64,000 nucleotides of DNA from Eledone cirrhosa (GCA_964016885.1 OZ024741.1:277884001-277948000); one strand, 5' to 3'; positions 1 to 12,682 are shown, numbered from the stretch's first letter. Notes: a model not told the origin generated them from the letters alone. A program made the numbers and translations.

Positions 1-299
1 TAGTTGTCGTGTTATGAGACAAGTCAGGCCAGGACACTATGTCTTGCTCATACAGATCTAAAATACTAACTGAAATATTTTCATGAAGTTTCATACCCTG
101 CTGTAAGCAAAAATATGAATTAGGAGAAAATATAATCAACTCCAGAGTTTATATAGTCATATCTGGTACATATTTCATCAATCTCATTTTGTTGAACTGC
201 TAAGTTACAAGATGTAAACAAAGAGTAAACATAAATACACACACAAGTGGTACACATGTACCAAGTCAAGTCTGCACTCAATCAGACGAGGAGGAGTCA

Positions 300-770
300 C
301 ATTCCTACACTTGACAGAGTGTACTGGGTGTATTTGTGGCACCACCACTAGAAGCGTTGTCATGCCTTTGACACAACTGGAGAGTCCTCTCAATACTTTT
401 GGGCATGGTTTTTATAGCAGGATGCCATTGTAAACACCAACCTATTTAGAGAATGTCCTGCATGCATTCTATTGTGGTACCAGCACTAGATGGGTTGGTA
501 TGTCCTTTACACAACTGGAGAATCCTCTCAACATTTTTGGCATCGTTTCTACAGTTGGATGCCATTTTTAACACCAGCCACTTTACAGAGTGTTCTGGAT
601 GCATTTTATTGTGGCAACAGCATTAGAAAGATTGTCATGCTCTTGACATAATTGGAGAATCCTCTCAACACTTTTGGCATGGTTTCTATTGTGGATTGCC
701 CTTCTTAACATCAACCACTTTACATTTTATCATGGCACTAGCACTAAGGAGATTGTCATGTTTGTAAAGG
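300..770. repeat. Degenerate tandem array (~140-bp unit, ~3.5 copies) of a SINE-like module
   Basis: Recurring 'gacacaactggagaatcctctcaacatttttggcat…ggatgcc…accaacc…ttattgtggca…cagcactag' blocks. Confidence 0.6.
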
Positions 771-831
771 TTTAACATTTTTGTTTGTCTTGTTTAGTAA
801 TATTTTTCTCGTTTTCTTTTTTTTTTTTCAG

Positions 832-1047
832 TGAAAGTGTTAAACCAATAAAGCTAAGCTGGCTTGTGGTCAGGGACGGCTGTAAAACGGCGAAGACGAA
901 GAAGACTAATGACAGTGATAAGGATATTGTTAATAATGAGAACAACTGCAGTAGTAACAATAATAATGATATAGATAAAGATGATAATGAGGATGACATC
1001 AATAACCAAGAAAAAGACACAGTGTCATTAGATAGTAATGAATTTAG
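832..1047 (+). CDS. NOP14: NOP14 internal coding exon (first visible in window), with an Asn/Asp-rich stretch
   Basis: Polypyrimidine tract + CAG acceptor ending 831; GTAAGT donor at 1048; phase 2 joins in frame to the exon at 1488 (…SNEF-R-LSAIHVAVG…). Confidence 0.75.
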
Positions 1048-1487
1048 GTAAGTCCTCAATTATTTCTTTTTAACATCCATTCTCTCAACATCATCATCAT
1101 CCTTTTAATAAATGTAATTCCTGTTTTAGCTTTCTCTTTATTTTTCTCTCACACACACAGACTCTTACCATCTTCTTTCCATAAAAACTTGTTACACTGT
1201 AGGTTTTAAAAATATATATTTTGGTAATACCACTGCTGCTTCTCTCTTTCTCTGATACACACTCTTACCATCCCCTTTCCATAAAGACATCAAATTAAAA
1301 GAATAATGTTTCAGTGTGGCTGTCACCATATATATACACACGAAGGCATGCCATTAGTTACTATTGCTAAAACAAACTTGAGAACATGTATTTGTGATGA
1401 TGTGTATGTGTGTACATTCATATATAAATATATATATATCTCACAAGATCAATATATCTATATGCTGTATATATAATTTCTACGCAG

Positions 1488-1632
1488 ATTAAGTGCCATA
1501 CATGTAGCTGTAGGTTTACTGCGGGAGTTTTGTACATTATACTCAAGCCTACCAAGTTTTACACCAATTTTCCAACCAATTGTCTCTCAGCTTAATAATC
1601 TACCTACAAATAAATACCCACAGGTAATTCAG
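1488..1632 (+). CDS. NOP14: NOP14 coding exon
   Basis: TACGCAG acceptor, GTGAGT donor; encodes LSAIHVAVGLLREFCTLYSSLPSFTPIFQPIVSQLNNLPTNKYPQVIQ, resembling the Nop14 'L..Y.SLPSF..IF.P' segment. Confidence 0.85.
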
Positions 1633-1794
1633 GTGAGTGCATTTTTATTCCTCCTTCCCTCCCTTTCTTCCTTCCTTTCTTTTCTTACTTGTCTCTCCTC
1701 AGTCTTCTTAACAACAACAACAGCTACTAATGACCAGATCAGCAAAGCTTTGGACAATCTGGGAAGTAAGTAAATCTTGACTTTCTGGGGCTGG

Positions 1795-2260
1795 ACCTAC
1801 CAAACTTGCTATCTTCAATTCAATATTCGTGCCAACCATTACCTATGGTCATGAATCTTGGGTAATGACCGAAAGAATACGTTTGCGAATACAAGCAGCC
1901 GAAATGGAGTTCCTCCAAAAGATCTTTGGAGTAACATTACTCAATAGAGAGTGTGTAGCTCGGAGATCAGAGAGCTGCTCAAAGTAGAGTCACTACATTT
2001 TTGAATTGAGAGATCACAGCACCAATATTACGGGCATGTGGTTAGAATGTCTCGGGAAAGAATTGCTGGACAGATTTTATGGGCAAAACCAACCAGCAGG
2101 AGACTCAGGGATAGACCCAGAGCATGGTAGTTGGATAACATCCATGAGCTGGGCTGGTCTCCTAGGGATCCAGCCAGATCAGTTGGAAATGGTTGCTTCT
2201 GACAAGACCCTCTGGAAGGTGTGCTTGAGGATTCTGTCTCGACTCTCCCAGGAATAAGTG
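1795..2260 (+). mobile_element. 3' fragment of an RTE-clade (Expander/BovB-like) LINE
   Basis: Decayed translation 'FVPTITYGHESWVMTERIRLRIQAAEMEFL…IERSQ..YYGHVVRM'; related copies at ~11945-12390 (+), ~44490-44860 (-), ~60255-60580 (+). Confidence 0.75.
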
Positions 2261-2721
2261 GGTGAAGAAGACTTTCTGGAGAACATGGTGCATGACTGAG
2301 TGGTTAAAAAGTTCCCTTTGCAACCATAAGGGTTAATTCCACTGCATAGTGTCTTATGCAAGTGAACAGAATGGCTGTACTTGTAGTTTGAAGGTCCAGC
2401 TTAATCACATTTTGGGTCATGTTGATTTGACTTAAGAAAACATAAAATTATGATGGAAGGTCTTTAGATAAATATAAACAGTATCAAATTTAAAAACCAT
2501 TATTAGTATCAGTAGATCATCGGATACCATGGTTTGTGGCATAGGGTTACAGCCCTTTACTGTCTGAGTTCAAATCCTGCTGAGGTTAGCTTTGCTTTTC
2601 ATCCTTACGGGGTTGACAAAATAAAGTACCAGTAATGCATCAGGGTCGTTTTAATTGACTTTCCTCTCTCCTAAAAAAAATTGTTAACCTTGTGTTTAAA
2701 TCAGAAACCATTATTATTATT

Positions 2722-2999
2722 ATTGAGAGAGGGCGCTTGCCCTGGTGGTCAGGGTGGCCGTGGTCTTTTGTCTGGTTTTCGCCACGAGTAACCCTCGGAG
2801 GTTTCCCCCCTATTGGGGAATTTTTTATTGTTTATATATATATATATGTTTCAATGTCTTTTTCTTTTATTATATAAATAATAAAAATCTTTACACGAAC
2901 AAAACCCACATCGTACCGTCCTGTGCCGTCTGTAATGTTTTTCTTGATGTCAGCCCTTGTGGCCAATAAATAAATTATTATTATTATTATTATTATTAT
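2722..2999 (+). mobile_element. 5'-truncated copy (3' UTR only) of the Tx1-like LINE found at 47.6-53.3 kb
   Basis: Nearly identical to 53048-53348 including the AATAAA + (ATT)n tail; lies in a NOP14 intron. Confidence 0.9.
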
Positions 3000-3165
3000 G
3001 CCCCTTTATGATCCGAGTTCAAATCCCGCCAAGGTTAACTTTGCTTTTCATCCTTAGGGGAATCGATAAAATAAAGTACCAGTAATACACTGGGATAATT
3101 GCTGGCCTTGTGCTAAAAGTAGAAACAGTTATTATTATTATTGTTGTTACAATCTAATTAAACAG

Positions 3166-3290
3166 GAACAAATCTCGAAGCTATTACAAGAAATAAATGT
3201 TGCCAGCCAAACTCCTCATCCTGCTCTGATTCAGAAAATTAAAAAGAAAACTACATCCTTACAGCTATTTCAACCAAAGATTGAACAAGT
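3166..3290 (+). CDS. NOP14: NOP14 coding exon
   Basis: AACAG acceptor, GTACGT donor; EQISKLLQEINVASQTPHPALIQKIKKKTTSLQLFQPKIEQV (Nop14 'L.LF.P' motif); phases 0/2 match the neighbouring exons. Confidence 0.85.
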
Positions 3291-3774
3291 GTACGTTGCC
3301 TTCTTTCTCCCTTTCTGTCTTTCTTTTTTTCTTAAATATTTTTATATTTGAAATGTGTGCATCCCAACATAAATGACCATAATAATAGTTGAGAAAATTG
3401 GTAAAATACCCTGAGAGAGAATCCAATGTTATTCTAAAGATAAAAATTTCCCTGAAGTTCCTTCAAGTCTTTGCACTTATTTTTTCAGTTTTATCTCTTA
3501 GCATCCTGTAATAATTTAGCAGGAAAATGTCTGAAAATGGGTTTGTTAATTCACATGTTTGAAGTATCTTTACTAGTGTTCAGATTATCATCATCATGTG
3601 AAAAATTCCAGTAAACTAAAGACTTTAATTTTCAATATGATGCTGTCATAGTGCTGTTTTCAAAGAATGTCATGCTATTGGGGTTTTATGTGGCACAGAA
3701 TACTAAGGGTTAACCTCGATTGAATTTGATTTGTGTTTTTCATTATCAGTAAGATTGTTTGTTTTCTGTTGTAG

Positions 3775-3933
3775 TTCTGAAGGTTACAGGAAGAAGGCTG
3801 CAGGAAGTGCCGAAGAGAAGGAACGAAAGAAACTATTATACAAGGTGAAACAGGAGACGAAAGGTGCCATTCGAGAAATCAAGAAAGACGCACAGTTCTT
3901 GGCCAAACACCAAAATGAAGAACAGAAAGCTCG
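3775..3933 (+). CDS. NOP14: NOP14 coding exon
   Basis: TGTAG acceptor, GTAAAT donor; SEGYRKK…ERKKLLYKVKQETKGAIREIKKDAQFLAK contains the conserved Nop14 'KGA(I/V)RE(I/L)(K/R)KD..FLA' motif. Confidence 0.92.
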
Positions 3934-3952
3934 GTAAATATGTTATTTTATA

Positions 3953-3994
<42 letters not shown>

Positions 3995-4485
3995 CCCAAA
4001 TTGAGCCATTACTGTATATCGTTAAATAAAATAATAAATAATTATTCAGTACATTAGTGATTATGCGTATAATACATCGTATTTATGTATATATATACAT
4101 AGATCTATAAATGAACGTAAGAGAGATCAAGTACCTATAGATATGTATTTTTTACATATATATGTATATATCTTTGTGAATATATATCTATAACTAACTC
4201 TACACCCTATAATAACAACCGCATAAACAATATAAAAATTTATCAAGCGTCTCAATTTAACGGCTTTTTTCTGTTTTAACGTATCCTCATTAACATACAT
4301 CCCTGGGATTTTAATTTTTCAATCACTACCTTCAGTGGGCTTATACCATTAAGATCACATGAATGTCACTAACACCAAATATTATATTTTATCTGACGAA
4401 AGAGTACTTAAATGTTAGTACCCTTAAAATACGTATAATAGAATAAATATGGTTTTGTAAAGATATTTTCCATTTATTAATATTG

Positions 4486-4545
<60 letters not shown>

Positions 4546-4904
4546 TATGTGTGTGTGTGTCTGCATGTCATAAAAAGCAAGAAGCAACTAAAAGGGTTGG
4601 TGTCAGGAAGGGCATCATAAAAACGATGTTTTCCTGTCAAGCCATTTTACAAACACAAGAAAAGTTAATTATAGTACTAAATCTTTCAAATTTTTGATTA
4701 CTTTCAAAATTATTTGTTAAGAACTATGTTCTAAACACTATGTTCTCATTAATGAGAAAGTTAGTTATATTATTAAACTCTTTCAAATACTTGAGTATTT
4801 TTTGAAAATTTTATAGTAACAAAATAGTTAAACTGATAACACTCTTTCTTACCTACCATACATCTATAGTCACTGTCAGCCCCACACTCTCTCTCTCTCT
4901 CAAC

Positions 4905-5290
4905 ATCTTTTTCTACAATCACTGTCATCCTACTCTCTCTCTCTATACAATCAGTCACCCCCCACTCTCTCTATACAATCACTGTCATCCTACGCTCTCT
5001 CTCTCTATACAATCACTGTCATCCTACGCTCTCTCTCTCTCTATACAATCACTGTCATCCTACTCTCTCTATACAATCACTGTCATCCTACGCTCTCTCT
5101 CTCTATACAATCACTGTCATCCTACTCTCTCTCTCTCTATACAATCACTGTCATCCTACTCTCTCTCTCTCTATACAATCACTGTCATCCTACTCACTCT
5201 CTCTCTATACAATCGCTGTCATCCTACTCACTCTCTCTCTCTATACAATCACTGTCACCCCACTCTCTCTATACAATCACTGTCATCCCA
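4905..5290. repeat. Minisatellite, ~27-35-bp unit (CT)n-ATACAATCACTGTCATCCTAC, ~12 copies
   Basis: Directly visible tandem repeats in the last NOP14 intron. Confidence 0.9.
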
Positions 5291-5410
5291 CTTTCTCTCT
5301 CTCTCTCTCTCCCCATCCTTCCACAATGATTATCCTCTGCCCCTTTCTCTCTCCACTCTTCACACCTGTTAAATCTTTTCACATTATATACAATCTGTTG
5401 TATTTCCCAG

Positions 5411-5516
5411 GGATCTCGAACGGAAGCGGAAGGTTAAGGCAATATATTCGTTTATGGAGTCCCAAGAAGCCGACTACAAGAAAATGAAGAGAATCAAAGA
5501 GAAAGAGAGCAAATAA
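5411..5516 (+). CDS. NOP14: NOP14 terminal coding exon
   Basis: TTTCCCAG acceptor; DLERKRKVKAIYSFMESQEADYKKMKRIKEKESK* matches the Nop14 C-terminus (D.ERKRKVK…QE); stop TAA at 5514-5516. Confidence 0.9.
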
Positions 5517-5636
5517 ACTATGGAGCCACATGAGGAAGGAGCCCTGTGGGAGCCAGGGATGTCACATTCTTGTGTCATTCCAATAGGAGTTTAACAAAGG
5601 AAAATATATATTCTGGAGGAGTGCGTGTAATTTGTA

Positions 5637-5642
5637 AATAAA
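5637..5642 (+). promoter_or_regulatory. Candidate NOP14 polyadenylation signal AATAAA
   Basis: AATAAA ~120 nt after the stop, followed by GT-rich sequence; a second AATAAA overlaps the stop codon (5512-5517). Confidence 0.45.
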
Positions 5643-7589
5643 CTGAAGCTGCGTGTGTGTGTGTATGTATATATATATATACACACACACATATATACTG
5701 TACTACAGAATATATTTATAAATTCCTAGCCAACACTGCATATACAGACAAATGTAAACACCGGTATATATGTCTAATATTTATATATACAACTTAATGG
5801 ACTGTAAAGGAAGGATCAACTGGACTAGTTTCAATCATGTTGAAAATTTCATCAGCAACTTTTAAACATTGGGTTCATTAAATAATAATGATATTTTTAA
5901 ACTTGTTTTTTGGTTATGAATATTTTATTGTTTTTGTTAATTAATGTTAGAGTTACGTCCCTTTATATTTTGAGTTTAAATTCTGCGAGGTGAGCTTTAC
6001 GGGGTCGATAACATAAAATACCAATAATGCACTGGGGTAGATTTATAAAACTTTCCCCTCTCCCAAAATTGTTGGCTTTATGCCGAGATCAGAAACCGCT
6101 AATTAATGTTAAAAATTGGATCTTTTTTTTTTTATTTTTGTTTCATGTTTCTGATTTTAGCCCCATCCTTCATCCCTACCCAACTTGTCCCAACTCTTTC
6201 CAGCATAAAGAGAGACAGCCCTTCATTTCTTCTCCCCACACACACATGGCCAGGCAAACACACAAAGACGGATGTCACTTCCTCCTTTCACACCCAACCC
6301 ATGCCAACCTGGAAAACATGGCATACTCCATTTTGTACTGCGATAAAATGCTCGGATAAGGTTTGGGAAGGGCATTCAGCCATGAAGACCATGTCAAAAC
6401 AAAATAGAACATATGAACTGGACATGGTCTCTTCTCTGGCCTAGTCTCAGAGCATGACAGCTTGTCTTGCCCAGGCTGGCATAGAAAATAGACGTTTAAT
6501 GATGATAATATGTTCTCCCTCCTACACCCTGCAATGCCATATACCTTTCCAACCCATGCATGCATGGAAAACCAGACAAGCTCCACAATATACTGCCAAG
6601 TACAACTGACTCCCTTCAAAGCCACCCTTACGACATATCGCCTGTTCTTCCACAGTGCTGGTGCCACCACATGCAATATACAGTCCACCCTGTAAGGTAG
6701 TCATGCTGGTATCACCACACAAAGTACCAAGCCCATCATGTAAGGTGGTCGTGCTGGAGCCATGACAAAAGTACCTAGTCCACCCTGTAATGTGATTGTG
6801 TTGATGCCACAAAAAGTATCAAGTCCGACCTATAAAGGGGTAATCATTGTGCTGATTCCATGATAAAAAAAAACTCCCAGAACATGCTGTAATGTGGTTG
6901 GCATTAAGAAGAAAATCTAATTGTAGAAATGCAAGCCAAAAAATGGATTGAGTGAGTAAGATGTGATAACCTGACCTGACTAACCTCATATTGTGACAAC
7001 TAGTCTAACCCATGGAAAATAAACATTGAACAGTAATGTTGATATATATGAATCCAGGTTTTTACAATAGATACACCATTAACCTATGTCAACAGAGGCA
7101 ACTAGATGGGTTGGCATCAGTTTGTAAAACATCACATCCAACCCATGGTAAAGTGACTAAAAACGATGATATATATATATACAGTGGTAAGTTAGTACCC
7201 AATGGCTGAGCTCACTATACATACACTCTACTTTCCCAAGTATTGAGTACTGAATATGGTCTTATTAATCTAAACTGGTAACTCCCAATCTCTTTATATA
7301 TAAATATAGATATTTTGAAAATGTTGGAATCCCCAAACAACACTCAATTGCTATAAAAAATCTGATCAAAACCACCCTAGAAAATTGGCAAGCATCTATT
7401 TTTTCCATATGGGGGGGGGGGGGGGGTATTTTACCAGATTTTTTAAGCTATTTATTTGTAGTGATCAACTGTTGGTGTGATGTTTCTCTTGCACTCCTTT
7501 TCTTGTAGACTATCAATGTTGTGAAACTGAAGTGTGTCTGGAGTGGTGGGGTAGATCCAGCATTCACATTTGGAACTGTTGACTTGAAG

Positions 7590-7945
7590 GCCCTACGACC
7601 GAGTTCCTTAATCATTCTCTTCACTGTAGCAAGAGGCTCCCCACCGAACAAGCATCTTCAAAATACCAGGTATTTAAATCCAGCTTGGCCCCCATCTTAG
7701 TAATATCATCAGTATCCAGTGCTTATAGGGCAAGCCTGAGTGGGTTGTCTTGTTGGACTCCTGAGGTGGAATGGATGAACTGGACACCAAAGAAGAGATG
7801 TGAGTGGTCCTGATAAGCCTGCCAAGCAAACTAGTAGAGCTCTGGGGCCCTGCTCTTCACTAAGTTAAGGATGTCATCACATCCGATGGAATTCAATCCA
7901 TTCTTGAGATGGAGTTTGAGGACAACCTTGGGGGACCTCAGAAAA
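7590..7945 (-). mobile_element. Highly decayed CRE-clade-like non-LTR reverse-transcriptase fragment
   Basis: Minus strand reads VVLKLHLKNGLNSI…APELY*FAWQAY…TSGVQQDNPL…LDLNTWYFEDA, i.e. degenerate 'KLDF.NAFNS', 'GVQQGDPL' and 'N.WYLDD' motifs in the expected order. Confidence 0.6.
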
Positions 7946-8792
7946 CATGTGCGTGAATATTCTTTTCCTAATTTGTGTCGATCTAGGAGACTGGTATAAT
8001 AATGGCTTTTGATTTAGGCACAAAGCTAACAATTTTTTAGGGAAGAGAAAATCTATTAGATCGACTCTAGTGCGTTACTGGTACTTTATTTTATCAGCCT
8101 CGTAAGGATGAAAGGTAAAGAAAGGGACATGACGTTATTCTGCAAAGCATGTTGTCTGACACTCTACCGATGCTCCCAAATCCACTGTAAATATAAAAAA
8201 AATTATGGGTATAATAATTTAATCAAGAGAATAAAATGGGCACTGTAATGTGTATTTTGTAATTCGTGTTGTTAAAATTAATTATTGATTAACACTTTAT
8301 AATTTATTACTAAGTCAGACACTAACATACTATATCTTAGAAACTATATTGTACTTCAGCTTGATATTGTACCAATAACGCTAATGATATTGTACCAATA
8401 AGGCTAATGATATTGTTGATGGGACATTCACAGATTAAGAGTAAATGGTACGCCGTCATAATTTTCAATATACCTTTAAATTAAAAATAAAAATTAGCGA
8501 ATTAATTTGGTTTAAAAATCATCGTCACAGGAAAGCCATTCCCATCTTTATATTTACCGCTATTAACGTGTTGAAAACGAGGCTGGCATAAATTATTTAC
8601 TTTCTATAGCGGTAAATATAAACAACTATTTTTACGATAAATAGTTTGAGTTATTATTATGATTTCTATAAATAATGTTAACCATTATAGACACAAAATG
8701 TTTCAATGAATTGTGGAATGTTCGTTATTTTAGTTTGAAAGTATCCGTAGACGAAATTGTTAATTAAATTTTATTTATTTTGAGCAACAAAC

Positions 8793-8840
8793 ATGGATGA
8801 ACATAAAATTAATGTTCACACTCCGAAAGGATCTGGTCAA
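8793..8840 (+). CDS. SFR1: SFR1 (Swi5-dependent recombination repair protein 1 / Mei5 homolog) exon 1
   Basis: AACATGG start, MDEHKINVHTPKGSGQ, GTAAGT donor at 8841; phase 0 fits exon 2. Confidence 0.7.
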
Positions 8841-10660
8841 GTAAGTATTTTTTGTTTATTGAATGTAAATTAATATTAACAAAAAGATATCTATTATCTT
8901 TACTTTTCCGAGGAGGATTGAATGGTTACGATTAGGACTATTTTGATCTTAAGCCTGCTCAGTCATGGCTGACCTCTGACTAAACAACAATATAATTCCT
9001 TTAGTATTGGATGGCCGTAGTCAGGGTCCAGTCGGTACCCAAGAGCTAAGAAGACCCCCACAACAACCATTTTTTAGAAAAATCTTTGTCTTCGGGATCC
9101 AAAGGGGTCTTGTACCGCCTTGCAAAATTTCTCTTGGGGGCCTTGGCCGTTGTATGATACTTCCACCCTTATCATCTCTTTTTATATTCTTCGCATGGCG
9201 AGGATATCTGCTGTTTTTTTACTTATATAAAAAGGTCCTTTAGTTTTGAATTGTACCAACACCACCTCAACGTTCGTTTTTCCATGCTGACATAGGTAGA
9301 ACGGGTCAGTTACTGTCCTCTAACCGACAGGTCACGCTCCCATTTGGCACCGTTTCTACGGCTGGAAACCATTCTTATTACCAACCACTATAGAGTATTC
9401 TGTGTGTATTTTATTTTTGCACCAGCACTGTAGAGGTTGACATATGTCTTTGAAACAATTGAAAGGACCTTTTGTCCCTTTGGCCAGTTTACTACGGCTG
9501 GATGCCCTTCCCACCTCCAACAACTTTACAGTGTGCTGGGTACGATTTATCGTGTCAGCAACACTATATTCAATTTATGTGTGTATCCATGCTCTGAAGT
9601 TTTCAGAATATTGTCATGTAGAAATGTTTCCTTATTGTCATAGGCACCAAGTAGGATTTCCTTGAATTTGTACCAGCTGAAGGTTACGCCAGTTTCCATG
9701 TTTTATTTTTCCAGATTGGTTTTTGTCTCTGGGTTTATCTAGCCTAGTCATGGGCAAACCGTGAATATCATATCTAATTTCAAAATTGCCTTGAATTTTT
9801 TTAGTATGATGACCCACATCCTATGCGGCCCACTGCTCAAAAAAGTTTACCCATACCTGATCTAGCCCTTACTCTAAGGTCACTGGTAACACTTGATCCA
9901 TAACCTGGTTTTTAACATTGCCCTTGGGTACCTTTAGCAGAACTTATTCTATAGCAAGCATTTGGGATGTGTCTAGTTTGAGGATAACTTCCTCCCTTAC
10001 TCCCACTAATCTCAGAGGACCTGAAAAAAAATATTACTGAAGAAATGTGATGCTAGAAAATACCCATCTAGCCCATGAAACCATAGAAAAGTAGATTTAA
10101 AATGATGATAATAATATTAGGCTTACTTTTTTCAGGCTGGTGTGAAAGAAAAGAAAATATCTAATTAGTGCAGGTGCCATGAAAAAAAGCTCCCAGTGCA
10201 TGCTCTGAAGTGGTTGGCATTAGGAAGGGCAAGATAAAAGCAGAATGTATGAGCAAAACATGTTTACCTAACTTGTCTGACCTGCCTGTCCAACCCATAC
10301 AAGCATGGAAAATAGACATTAAATGTTGATGATGATGATGATATGGTAGGAAGGAAGAAAAGAAAAGCCAGATATGGCAAATTTTAAGAACAGTATCTTC
10401 TGTACCAACTCTTCAATTATTTGAAATAAATATTTATATATATATATATATATATTTTTTTTTTTTCATAAGCTGAATGCCTGCTTTTTTTTTTTTTTAC
10501 AAAAGGAGAGGCACATTATCTTGAAATAACCTCTGAGTTTTACTAATATTTATCAAGTTTTGATCTACTATCTGTAATAATTCCATTGTAAATGTTCTAG
10601 ATGTTATTGATGATGATGATGAATTCTGATGCCAGCCATTCTTTTATTTGTTTTATTCAG

Positions 10661-11368
10661 CTAAGTTCATCTTTGAAAGAACGCCTGAAGAAATGTGGAC
10701 GCTATTATTCGCCAACTGCATTAAAGAAAGTCAATAATTCTCTTGATCTGAGCCAACCTTCTACACCTGATACCACAGCAGCAGCATTTCCACGAAGCTC
10801 TTTGACCTGCAGCACTCCAAATTCTGGAGGCAGTCCTCTACATAACGAAAGCACTTCAGTAAAATGTTATCCATCATTACAACTTACTCCAATCTCATCT
10901 AAATTTGACAGACGTCAACTTCAAGAATCAAGTCCTTTCCTAACTCCAGTTTGTCGAAAGAAAAACTTTTATGGAAGGCAAGTGGATTTAGACACTCCCA
11001 AAGCCAAGCGAATGTGTTTGGCCCCAGCTAGTTCAGAGATTTCTGTTGCTTCTTCTAGACATGAAAGTGAATGTTTGGGAGCAACAGTCACTCCTCTTGA
11101 TAATGGCTGTGATGTTTCAGGTGATGATTTAGGTGAAGGGAATAACAAAGCTAATGAGAAATTAGCGGTGGACAATCTTTCAATGGAAGATAAGAAAGAT
11201 AAAGATAATTGTCTAAATGATTCTGATGTAAAGTTAGCTGTGATAAATGTGAACTGTAAAGGTTCCAGATTAGATCTTCAAAGGAGGAAATCTCAAATGG
11301 AGAAATTACTGAAAGAAAAACTGGAACACTTAAGAAAACTTAATATGGTAAAGATGTACAGATCAAAG
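10661..11368 (+). CDS. SFR1: SFR1 exon 2
   Basis: TTTTATTCAG acceptor; LSSSLKERLKK motif, S/T/P-rich disordered middle, coiled coil ending LRKLNMVKMYRSK (conserved SFR1 motif); GTAAAG donor. Confidence 0.9.
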
Positions 11369-12505
11369 GTAAAGAATTCTAAAATATGAAAGATTTATTG
11401 TTTGTTATTGTTATCTTAAGATCAACTTTGCCTTTGATCCTTTTGGAGTCAATGTATATAGTACCAGTCTAGGTGCAGTTAGATTGGCAAAATTGTTACA
11501 GAGTGTGCTGGGTGCATTTATCCTGACACTAGCGCTCACTTTACTGTCCAACCCTTGCTAGCAGGGAAGATGAATGTTGAATGATGGTGCTGATGATATA
11601 TATCATTCTTCATTTAACGTCCGTTTTCCTTGCTCGCAAAGGTTAGTTGGATCTCCACAAATCAAGACGGTACTGATGTGGAGCTACTGACCTCATAGAT
11701 GAACCAGTAACTTTTATCTCGCTTAATTATATCCCACACTCTATTGGGTGCTCAGATGGGCTGGGGGCCCCACATCTTGCTTGCAAAACTTTCTCACACT
11801 CTTTTTATCATAGCACCAATAGTAGAGAGTTTATGATGTCTTTAACACAGGTAAAAAGAGCCTTGTTCTTAGGAATTAGTCAACAAAGAAACATACTAGT
11901 TATAGTAAACTTCTGTTCACCTGGCTCAGATGATGTGTGGATTCAAAGCCAAACTTGCTATCTTCAATTCAGTGTTTGTGTTTACCCTTACCTATGGTCA
12001 TGAATCTTGGGTAATGACAATGAATATGATCACAAATACAAGCCACTGAAATGGGGTTCCTCTGAACGGTCTTTGGAGTAATGTTACTCAATAGCATGCA
12101 AAGCTTGGAGAGTCACACCAGGAAGAGCCACTACTTCTCTGCATCGAGAGATCACAGCTCTGGTACTATCGACATATCCTTAGAATGCCTCAGGAAAGAA
12201 TCTCTGGACAGATTTTATGGACAAAGCCAATCAGAGGTAGGCCATGAGCAAGATGCTTGGATAACATTAATAAGTTCAGTTGGCCTCATTTTGGGACCTA
12301 TGCAGATCATTTGGAGATGGTTACTTGTGATAGGAAGGTGTGTCTGAGGACTCAGCCCCTCCCTCCTCCTGACTCTCTTAGGAATGTAGGAAGTAGGTGA
12401 GGAAGAGGAGAAAGAAGATTTTTTAAAAACATTGTCATGATTGCTGTTGGTTTTTATTGTCTATTAATATTCTTATTCACTCATTTCTGTACTTTTTGTT
12501 TTCAG

Positions 12506-12682
12506 GATGAATTTGTCAACCTTGATGAACTTATATTGAAATGGACTCAAGTGAGCCAACAGGTGTTGGTTGATCTTCACGCTAAAATACCAGAACCTAG
12601 ACCTACCTTGACAGAATTTATCACACATCTCAACATTGACTTCGATTTCATTAAATTTAATCCTGAAAACGAAACATTCTAG
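12506..12682 (+). CDS. SFR1: SFR1 exon 3 (C-terminal Mei5/Sfr1 domain)
   Basis: TTTTCAG acceptor; DEFVNLDELILKWTQVSQQVLVDL…LTEFITHLNIDFDFIKFNPENETF* matches the SFR1 'L..LI.KW…SQ..L.EL' and terminal 'YN…E.F' pattern. Total 310 aa. Confidence 0.9.
   Translation, partial: DEFVNLDELILKWTQVSQQVLVDLHAKIPEPRPTLTEFITHLNIDFDFIKFNPENETF

Noticed and set aside
4905-5290. Regularly spaced repeats superficially like a CRISPR array (also 37580-37803)
   Set aside because: No unique spacers, no cas genes, eukaryotic intronic context; these are ordinary minisatellites.
10601-10660. N-terminal MLLMMMMN… start of the 262-aa ORF
   Set aside because: Intronic sequence upstream of the SFR1 exon 2 acceptor, not a real start.
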